A DNA stretch of 32,000 nt, taken from NCBI GenBank assembly GCA_000025185.1, contig CP001848.1, positions 870,001 to 902,000 on the forward strand, read 5' to 3'. Both the position numbers and the translations under genes were made by a program. A model generated the notes under the pieces. That model had not been told where the DNA came from and ran no database searches. It worked only from the letters and a program-made list of their open reading frames with translations. Shown one piece after another: positions 16,819 through 22,862 of the stretch. The DNA is from Pirellula staleyi DSM 6068. GTDB taxonomy: Bacteria; Planctomycetota; Planctomycetia; Pirellulales; Pirellulaceae. Each line of letters opens with the position of its first letter. Position 1 is the stretch's first letter.

Positions 16819-17601
16819 GTGCTGATTGCTGAACCAGGACAAACACCGTACGACCTGCACTTCTCGATCTTTGGGTTTCCAGTTCGGATTCATCCCTTCT
16901 TCTGGCTCGTCGCCCTCATCTTCGGGATCGATGGGGACGGAACGTTCGATGGCACCGAGATCGTGATCTGGATCGCCGTGATGTTCCTCTCGATCCTGGT
17001 GCACGAACTGGGACACGCCTTTGCGTTCCGCCGTTTCGGGATCGAATCATCGGTGGTGCTTTATGCGCTCGGTGGTGTCGCGGTTCCCGATGGTGGGGGA
17101 TCGCGGAACGTTTGGAAAAGCTACAAACCTACCACCCATCTTTCGCCCCAGCAGCAGATTTTGGTTTCTCTTGCGGGCCCGGCTGCCGGTTTTGGCCTCG
17201 CCGCCATCACGATCCTGGTGATGCTCGCCGCAGGCGGAAATATTCATGTGTTCTATGGAACGCTGGGAATTCCGCTGGTTTTTGCCAGTCACGCGACAGC
17301 CAGCGCTTTGTCGGGTGCAGTCAACAGCCTGCTGTGGCTCAACATCATCTGGGGGCTCGTGAATCTGCTGCCGATCTATCCGCTCGATGGTGGTCAGGTG
17401 GCTCGTCAGCTGTTTCTGCTCTACGACCATCGCGATGGCTTCGTCCGTTCGGTCAAGCTGAGCCTGTTTGTGGCGGTAGCAGTCGCCGTGTTTGGCGCTC
17501 TCGTGATGCGCGACATGTGGATGACGATGATGTTCGCTTCTCTGGCTTACTCAAGTTATCAAATTTTGCAGCAACTCGGTGGGTATCGGGGTCCCTGGTG
17601 A
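16819..17601 (+). CDS. M50-family (site-2 protease-like) membrane metalloprotease
   Basis: HELGHAF (HExxH inside a TM helix) and NLLPIYPLDGGQV (the second metal-ligand motif LDG) are both present, with multiple TMs. The tracked ORF begins at GTG 16666. I prefer in-frame GTG 16819, which has AAGGA 8 nt upstream. The start remains uncertain. Confidence 0.8.
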   Translation: MLIAEPGQTPYDLHFSIFGFPVRIHPFFWLVALIFGIDGDGTFDGTEIVIWIAVMFLSILVHELGHAFAFRRFGIESSVVLYALGGVAVPDGGGSRNVWKSYKPTTHLSPQQQILVSLAGPAAGFGLAAITILVMLAAGGNIHVFYGTLGIPLVFASHATASALSGAVNSLLWLNIIWGLVNLLPIYPLDGGQVARQLFLLYDHRDGFVRSVKLSLFVAVAVAVFGALVMRDMWMTMMFASLAYSSYQILQQLGGYRGPW

Positions 17602-18257
17602 TGCCAACGACCTCGCGCGCGACGTAGCGAAGCGACCTTCGCAGCGCAGCGCGATGATGTCGATCAGCCGCCGCGAAGAGCGCGCATGATCGTCGCGCCG
17701 CTGCTCGGTGATGTCCAACTGTCGCGTGGCGGGGTGATCTCTGCGCTTGCACGCAAAAAATATTTCATCGCGCGGTGCGCGAGCGTCATTGGTAGCGCAG
17801 CGCGGTTCATCGCGCCACTTTTTTTCGCGTCGACGCATGCTCTTCGACATCTCTTCACGTGCCGCGCAGCGTACATCACGTGAGCCATCGCGCGCTCGAT
17901 GCTGCGCATCGCACCACATGCTGCGTGAGCCTGCAGCCGATACGTTGTACTCACTGCGTCTCACTTCGAGATTCACTAGTTTTCCCCGAGAAAAACGAGC
18001 GAAATCGAGACTACTCGAGCACCTCGCGCAAGGCTCGAACATGCGCAGCGCGCAGAGAAAAAATGACTGGTGAGTCGTCGCGCTATGCAGCTCTGCGATG
18101 TGCAGTGCGGCATGCTGATGATCGCTGTCGCCGAGCATTCGAATGCGACGCGTGCTCTGCGCTCGAGGCGCGTGTGAAGTCTGCTGCAAGTGCGCTCGCG
18201 CGCATGTTGATCGCGCATGAAAGTGGATGATTGTTGCGCGATTGTGTGCATTTGCTC

Positions 18258-18286
18258 TTGACGATTTTGTACGCAATCGCAAGATT
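18258..18286 (+). promoter_or_regulatory. Candidate promoter in the AT-rich island (TTGACG-17 nt-AAGATT)
   Basis: TTGACG at 18258-18263, a 17-nt spacer, then AAGATT at 18281-18286. It sits inside the only AT-rich stretch of the locus and is immediately followed by the palindrome AGATTT-aga-AAATCT (18282-18296). The -10 element is weak, so this is speculative. Confidence 0.15.
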
Positions 18287-18374
18287 TAGAAAATCTCGTG
18301 CAAGTGGTAATGCAATACCAAATTTTTGCACGCGATCATTGCTAAGGATTTTAAGCCGCGAGCGAATGAAGCGA

Positions 18375-18719
18375 GTGACACACGGGATGTCACCACGATC
18401 TTCGCCCTGCTGAGGCAGGACCAAGCGGCTTGTGGCAAGGGATGGAGTGGGACATCACTCATCACTCGCCAGATAGTGGTTGGTGATCGAGTCTCTCTAG
18501 TCGGCGGCTCTTCGAGTCGAAGACTACGGGGATGGATCTTGGGTGTGCGATGTGTCTGCCTTCGGGCACCACCTCAGCTACCTGAGACGATGAAACATCG
18601 AACAGCCGGTTCTTCGGAACTAGTCGACGATGTTTCACAAACTCACGATGCTGGAGAGTTCGTGATAGGTGATGGGACCCGCAAGCTCCATCGAATTTTT
18701 TAGTGAAGGATGTTCTACA
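18375..18719 (+). promoter_or_regulatory. Hairpin-dense leader, candidate cis-regulatory RNA or sRNA upstream of the microprotein gene
   Basis: Consecutive hairpins: GTGACA/TGTCAC (18375-18393); CCTGC-tgag-GCAGG (18406-18419); a 13-bp imperfect stem ATCACTCATCACT/AGTGGTTGGTGAT (18454-18487); TCTTCGA-g-TCGAAGA (18509-18523); TGCC-UUCG-GGCA (18557-18568); CTCAG-ctac-CTGAG (18573-18586). A perfect 10-bp stem TGAAACATCG/CGATGTTTCA (18591-18600 with 18628-18637) encloses GTTC-UUCG-GAAC (18609-18620). TCACGA/TCGTGA follows (18643-18665), then a T6 run (18695-18700) and the SD GAAGGA (18705-18710). Confidence 0.4.
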
Positions 18720-18839
18720 ATGGCCAAGAAAAAAGCTGCCAAGAAGGCTGCCCCCAAGAAAGCCGCCGCTCCAAAGAAGGCTGCTAAGAAAGCCGCCAAG
18801 AAGGCTTCGAAGAAGGCTCCAGTTGCGAAGAAGGCCTAG
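18720..18839 (+). CDS. 39-aa Lys/Ala-rich histone-H1-like / AKKA-repeat basic microprotein
   Basis: ATG..TAG encodes MAKKKAAKKAAPKKAAAPKKAAKKAAKKASKKAPVAKKA. GAAGGA lies 9 nt upstream of the ATG. This frame uses AAG/GCC/GCT codons, whereas the alternative open frame would need many rare AGA/AGG codons. It is below the 60-aa cutoff of the supplied ORF track. Confidence 0.6.
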   Translation: MAKKKAAKKAAPKKAAAPKKAAKKAAKKASKKAPVAKKA

Positions 18840-19139
18840 TGATCAGCCCGCAGATCTTCACTTGTGGAAGGTCTGAAGCTGTCACTTAGACGCTTTTCTT
18901 CCAACAGCCAGGCTGAGGCCAGCGCTTCCTTAGCGAAACGGTCGGTTTGACTTGTCAAACAGACTGTTTCACGAAGCAGATTGCCTCGGCTCATGTCTTC
19001 GGCTGCCCGGCCGGTGTTCGAAAAAAGCTAGTTCACGGACACACGCAGCGAACACTTGCAAAGGTGTCGCTGCACCTGTTCGGTTATTATCAGCGTTTCG
19101 ATATCTTCGCCGGTCGATTACCCTGAAAACAACGAGAAA

Positions 19140-19180
19140 GAGCCGCCTCGGCCAAAACTGGGGTGGCTCTAAGCTTTTCT
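19140..19180. terminator. Bidirectional hairpin terminator between the convergent microprotein gene and mrp
   Basis: GAGCCGCC (19140-19147) pairs with GGTGGCTC (19162-19169), giving 8 bp including one G-U and a 14-nt loop. On the plus strand it is followed by taaGCTTTTCTT. On the minus strand it is followed by TTTCTCGTTGTTTTC. Confidence 0.5.
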
Positions 19181-19338
19181 TGAGGCAGTCTCTGCGCGTG
19201 GCCGTCTTCTTCGGGTGGCTGTGTTACTCCCAAGGGAGCAGCGAGCGGCTGATGAATCGCGACGAGCTGGCGGTCGGCTGTGTTGAGCTGTGCCGAGCAC
19301 AGACACCCCAGCACTAACCACACAGCGCGCAACGCCTT

Positions 19339-19443
19339 CTCTCGCCTCTCGCCTCTCGCCTCTCGCCTCTCGCCTCTCGCCTCTCGCCTCTCGCCTCTCG
19401 CCTCTCGCCTCTCGCCTCTCGCCTCTCGCCTCTCGCCTCTCGC
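19339..19443. repeat. Perfect heptanucleotide microsatellite (CTCTCGC)x15; GAGAGGC-phase repeat on the mrp sense strand
   Basis: I counted base by base and found 15 uninterrupted, mutation-free 7-bp units from 19339 to 19443. The array ends 4 nt from the mrp stop codon (TAA, 19448-19450 on the minus strand). It is flanked by degenerate partial units (gccttct upstream, cgcc downstream). Confidence 0.97.
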
Positions 19444-19447
19444 CGCC

Positions 19448-20521
19448 TTAGCCCAGCACGGGGAGTTGCATGACCGGCGGCTTCACGGCGGCGGCACTGG
19501 CCAGATTGCGGACCATCGTGGCGACGATCTTCGAGAGGTAGGGAGCGACGATCGGGTCGTCGAAGTTGCCGAGCGTTTTGCCATCGTCGCCGGCGATACG
19601 AATCTGCATGTTCAGCGGCACTTCGCCGAGGAACGGCACGCTCAGCTCTTCCGCCTTCGTGCGGGCACCACCATGACCAAAGATGTCCCACCGCTTCATC
19701 GTATCGGGACAGATGAAACCGCTCATGTTCTCGACCATGCCGAGCACGGGAATGTTGACCTTGCGGAACATTGCAATCGCTTTCACGGCATCGAGCAGCG
19801 CGACCTCTTGCGGCGTGCAAACGACAACCGAGCCAGTCAGCGGCAACAGCTGCGAAAGGGTGAGGGCAATGTCGCCAGTGCCGGGTGGCATGTCGATGAT
19901 CAGGTAATCGAGATCGCCCCAGTTCACATCGCGGAGGAACTGCGTGATGGCGCCGTGGAGCATCGGTCCGCGCCATACCACCGCTTCACCCTTGGGAACA
20001 AGGAAGCCCATCGAGACCACCGGAATCGAGCCACTATAGATCGGCTTGATCTTGCCATCGACCGGTTCGAGCTTGCCATCGAGCCCCAGCAATTGCGGAA
20101 TGCTGGGCCCGTAGACATCGGCATCCATCAGACCCACCTTCGAACCGGCGCGAGCCAGTCCCAAAGCGATCGAGGCCGCGATGGTGCTCTTTCCCACGCC
20201 ACCCTTTCCGCTGCCGACAGCGATCACGCTCTTTGCTTTTAGGGCGATCGTACCAATCGCCACCGGTGGACGCTCGTGGATCGCCAGATTCACGTGCACG
20301 TCGGTCGCTTCGGGCAACTGCGCGCGAACGAGGTCCTTCAGATTCTCGGCGACTTCGTTTTTGATGGCTGCCGAGTGAGTTGTGAGCGCGAGGGTGAGCG
20401 AGACCTTGCTGCCACTCACCACGATGTCGCGAATCTGCTGCATCGGTAGTGCAGGGCGGCCAGTTTCGGGGTCTTTGAACTGACTAACGACCGAGGTAAC
20501 GGCGGCGACATCGAGAGGCAT
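19448..20521 (-). CDS. mrp: Mrp/ApbC/NBP35-family P-loop ATPase with N-terminal DUF59 (MIP18-like) domain; CxxC motif degenerate
   Basis: DUF59-like N-terminus (IRDIVVSGSKVSLTLALT). Deviant Walker A AVGSGKGGVGKST. DADVYGPS, LDYLIIDMPPGTGD, and VENMSGFICPDT...DIFGHGG where canonical members have C-x-x-C. Confidence 0.85.
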   Translation of the reverse strand: MPLDVAAVTSVVSQFKDPETGRPALPMQQIRDIVVSGSKVSLTLALTTHSAAIKNEVAENLKDLVRAQLPEATDVHVNLAIHERPPVAIGTIALKAKSVIAVGSGKGGVGKSTIAASIALGLARAGSKVGLMDADVYGPSIPQLLGLDGKLEPVDGKIKPIYSGSIPVVSMGFLVPKGEAVVWRGPMLHGAITQFLRDVNWGDLDYLIIDMPPGTGDIALTLSQLLPLTGSVVVCTPQEVALLDAVKAIAMFRKVNIPVLGMVENMSGFICPDTMKRWDIFGHGGARTKAEELSVPFLGEVPLNMQIRIAGDDGKTLGNFDDPIVAPYLSKIVATMVRNLASAAAVKPPVMQLPVLG

Positions 20522-20764
20522 AGCGGGCTCGCAGAGAAATCAGCGGAGGGTTTGGCAGACAAAATTCTGACACCCTGATTCTACCAAACTGTCTATTTCC
20601 TCTCGCAGGGGGCATCCACTTTTCGCAGGGGCATTGGGTGGGTAAATCGCGAGATTTCGAGGGGAATCATGGCAGAAAATAAGTCGCCATGGTCCGCCTA
20701 GCGTGACTCGTTTGGTCACGCAATGACGATACCCGGAGGGAGAAAGTCCCGAAGCCTCGAATGA

Positions 20765-21226
20765 TCAGCCGAGATCCGTGCCCCGGCCCCACGGCAGCTC
20801 GGCAGCGAGCCGCGCTTCGAGGGTGGCGACTTCTGCGCGTGGACGGGGACGCAAATGACGCTCGACGATCCGCAGGAGTGGCGCGAGTTTCAGGGGGGAC
20901 TCGATCACGTACGACGCGCCGGCATCGAGAAGCAGATCGCTGGCGTGGTCGAGGGGTGTCGAAGCGAGTGCGAGGATGCGTAGACCAATCGCATCGCGGC
21001 GCCAGCGGTCGATCATCTCGACGACGACGGCCAGATTGGCTGGCGAAGTTTCGATGGCGGCAATCGAATAGGGTCGAGCCGCTAGTTCTTCACCACAGGC
21101 CCGCAGCGAGCGCGTTTCGATCAATGGCAAACGGATGCCGAACGTGGCGCGACGAATCGCTGGTGCCCAGCGGCTGGTCGATTCGCAAACAATCAGTTTC
21201 GGCTGCATGGCGACGCTTCCCTTCAC
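20765..21226 (-). CDS. Receiver-like (CheY-fold) protein lacking the phospho-acceptor pocket
   Basis: The beta-alpha periodicity and landmarks of a receiver domain are present but substituted. KLIVCES replaces the DD pair. IAAIETSP replaces the phospho-Asp. RILALAS sits at the T/S position. VIESP replaces K-P. Its start (GTG 21226, or alternatively ATG 21208) overlaps the upstream regulator's stop (GTGA). Confidence 0.55.
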   Translation of the reverse strand: MKGSVAMQPKLIVCESTSRWAPAIRRATFGIRLPLIETRSLRACGEELAARPYSIAAIETSPANLAVVVEMIDRWRRDAIGLRILALASTPLDHASDLLLDAGASYVIESPLKLAPLLRIVERHLRPRPRAEVATLEARLAAELPWGRGTDLG

Positions 21227-22671
21227 GATGGGCTATCGGGAAGTGGTTCGAAAATCACCGGCTCGTCGGCAGCAATATCGGCAGCAGTGGCTGGGGCGAG
21301 TCCCAACTGCGCAAGTCGGCGCAACAAACGCGCGCGACTAATCCCCAGCAGCTCGGCGGCGCGGCTTTTGTTGTTACGCGACTCGCGCAGAGCACGCTCG
21401 AGGAGTTGCTTCTCGACATCAGCCAGAAAATCGTCGAGCACAATCTTGGCCACCTCGCGCGGCGGATGTTTCAAAACACCCGCTGCCAAATGGACCCGGT
21501 CGGGGAGATCGGCCGCGGTTAGCTCTCGGCCCGTGGCCCGCGCACATCCTTCGCGAATCACTTGTGCAAGCTCTTCGATATTGCCAGTCCAGGAAGAGGC
21601 TGCGAGCAGTTCGATCGCAGCGGGCGCAACTCCCGAGAGCTGCGATGCACGCGACAGATTCTCTTGCTCGACAAACCAGTGAGCCAGGAGCGGCAGGTCT
21701 TCGAGTCGCGATTTCAGCGGCGGGAGCGCAATGGTGAGAGTGCTGAGGGCGAACGCCAAATCGCGGCGGAACTTCCCTTTTTGCGCTAGTTTTTGGAGCG
21801 AGTAGCGACTCGTCGCCAGCGTGAGCAAGTTCACCCCCGGAAGCAGCAGAAAGCTGGCGAGCTCTTGCTGGGCATCGGACTTCAGCTTATCGACCCCGAG
21901 GAGCAGCGCCGTCGGCGGGATGTTCTTACTCGCGCTCTCGCCGGATGCTGCTTCGCGCGCTAAGTGCCGCGAGATGATGCCGGTCAACGTACTTTGCAGC
22001 AGTTCGGCATCCATCACCGCGCAGTCGACAATCGGCAGCGGAATGTTTTTCCAGTCGCGAGCCAGGTGAATCGTGCGCGCGACATGCTCGCGCCCGGTCC
22101 CCTCGCTTCCAGTCACCAGCACGCGCGAATGCGACTTCGCAGCCAGAGCGATCTGCTCGCGCACGCGGCTGATCGCCACGCTGTTGCCAATCAGCTTATC
22201 GGTGTGATAGCGACCAAGCTGCGATTGACGAAGGGTCGCCAAAAGCTGGTGCAGCTGATCCGAAGTCAGTTCCCCCGAACCGGCGCGCGAGGCAAGTGTT
22301 TCATCGATAGCGGTGTCGGTTGCTTCGACCACCACCAGCGTGGCGGCTATGCCGCTAGGAAGCATCAACTGCGAGGCAGTCGCCATGCGGGGATGCAATT
22401 GGCCGGTCGTCGTGAGGAGCGAAAGTTTGAGCCGCTCGGCGTGCGGCTGAGGGGGGAGCGCGAGCGACGCAGCGACTCCCAAAATGCCATCGGCGGCGGT
22501 GCTGTAGTCGGCTCGCAATCCGACAATCTGCTCGGCGGTGATTGCCAGGAGTGTTTCGAGCGCTGGCGAGACGAAGATGATTTTTCGCGATGCATCCAAG
22601 ACGTAAAGCGGAGAGGTCGCGTCGTGAATCAGCTTGAGGAGCGTTCGCGAGAGTGACGGTTTTCGCGGCAT
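21223..22671 (-). CDS. NtrC-family (sigma54 enhancer-binding-protein-like) regulator: PAS-like N-domain, degenerate AAA+ core, Fis-type HTH
   Basis: LIGNSVAISRVREQIALAA..VLVTGSEGTGREHVARTIH (Walker A with R for K). FRRDLAFALS..LPPLKSRLEDLPLLAHWF and WTGNIEELAQVI match EBP regions C6/C7. The C-terminal NNKSRAAELLGISRARLLRRL is a Fis-type HTH. No GAFTGA loop and no canonical DE Walker B are visible. Confidence 0.8.
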   Translation of the reverse strand: MPRKPSLSRTLLKLIHDATSPLYVLDASRKIIFVSPALETLLAITAEQIVGLRADYSTAADGILGVAASLALPPQPHAERLKLSLLTTTGQLHPRMATASQLMLPSGIAATLVVVEATDTAIDETLASRAGSGELTSDQLHQLLATLRQSQLGRYHTDKLIGNSVAISRVREQIALAAKSHSRVLVTGSEGTGREHVARTIHLARDWKNIPLPIVDCAVMDAELLQSTLTGIISRHLAREAASGESASKNIPPTALLLGVDKLKSDAQQELASFLLLPGVNLLTLATSRYSLQKLAQKGKFRRDLAFALSTLTIALPPLKSRLEDLPLLAHWFVEQENLSRASQLSGVAPAAIELLAASSWTGNIEELAQVIREGCARATGRELTAADLPDRVHLAAGVLKHPPREVAKIVLDDFLADVEKQLLERALRESRNNKSRAAELLGISRARLLRRLAQLGLAPATAADIAADEPVIFEPLPDSPS

Positions 22672-22862
22672 CGTGGCAAGCTTTGAGCGGGTGATGAGAT
22701 CAAGGAGAAGTCCCTTGATTGTACGCTCGAAGTGCTGCCGAGAGGAAAAGTTTTTGACGTCTCACGCGGCAAATCACCGCGCTCAAAGAGCCGAGCTGCG
22801 GTGGCGTAAGATGCAAAAAGCAAAGACCAAAATCGAGCACAGCCACCCTGCCGAGCTTACAT

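Noticed and set aside
17551-18282. 243-aa minus-strand ORF, with overlapping plus-strand ORFs 17686..17883, 17747..18073 and 17859..18230, in the gene-poor tract
   Set aside because: The composition is extremely rich in Arg, Cys, His and Ser, with no hydrophobic core pattern, no SD, and no motif. Several frames are open at once, and the ORF overlaps the 3' end of the M50 gene. This is the behaviour expected of GC/CG-rich non-coding DNA.
18536-18590. GGGUGUGC ... hairpin ... CCUGAGA, reminiscent of the TPP riboswitch (GGGGUGC ... CUGAGA)
   Set aside because: The second half of the aptamer (ACCUGAUCUGGAUAAUGCCAGCG-like pyrophosphate-sensor helix) is absent, and the downstream gene has no link to thiamine.
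18591-18637. TGAAACA / TGTTTCA arms of the 10-bp stem, and TGTTTCACG near 18966, resembling parS half-sites (TGTTTCAC-GTGAAACA)
   Set aside because: The halves are in the wrong relative order and are 27 nt apart, and the site near 18966 is only a half-site. No complete 16-bp parS is present, so an RNA hairpin is the simpler reading.
19090-19332. 80-aa minus-strand ORF starting at TTG just downstream of the heptamer repeat, with a signal-peptide-like N-terminus (MRAVWLVLGCLCSAQ)
   Set aside because: It is tempting as a repeat-controlled contingency gene. However, the start is TTG with an SD that sits too close. The distal half uses many rare codons (TTA, GTA, ACA, AGA, ATA, CGA). The bidirectional terminator hairpin (19140-19180) lies inside it. 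It is more likely part of the mrp 3'UTR.
19339-19443. Possibility that the tandem repeat is a CRISPR array or a coding low-complexity domain
   Set aside because: The units are 7 bp with no spacers, and no cas genes are nearby. The unit length is not a multiple of 3, and the array lies outside the supported mrp frame.
19280-20242. 320-aa plus-strand ORF (SRLSPLA repeats) and the 220-aa minus-strand ORF 19314..19976 (REARGER repeats) that read through the heptamer array
   Set aside because: Both are mostly antisense to, or out of frame with, the well-supported mrp gene. The peptide repeats are just the 7-bp repeat read in three phases (21-nt period).
20553-20568. TGGCAG-N5-ATTCT, similar to a sigma54 -24/-12 promoter (TGGCAC-N5-TTGC)
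   Set aside because: It is on the plus strand while all nearby genes are on the minus strand, and the -12 element lacks the GC dinucleotide.
20722-20760. GGAGGGAGAAAGUCCCGAAGCC, resembling the RNase P RNA 5' conserved block GAGGAAAGUCCGGGC
   Set aside because: Only this short stretch matches. There is no downstream P4 partner (ACAGAACCCGGCUUA-like) or further conserved regions, and the sequence runs straight into the 3' end of a minus-strand CDS.
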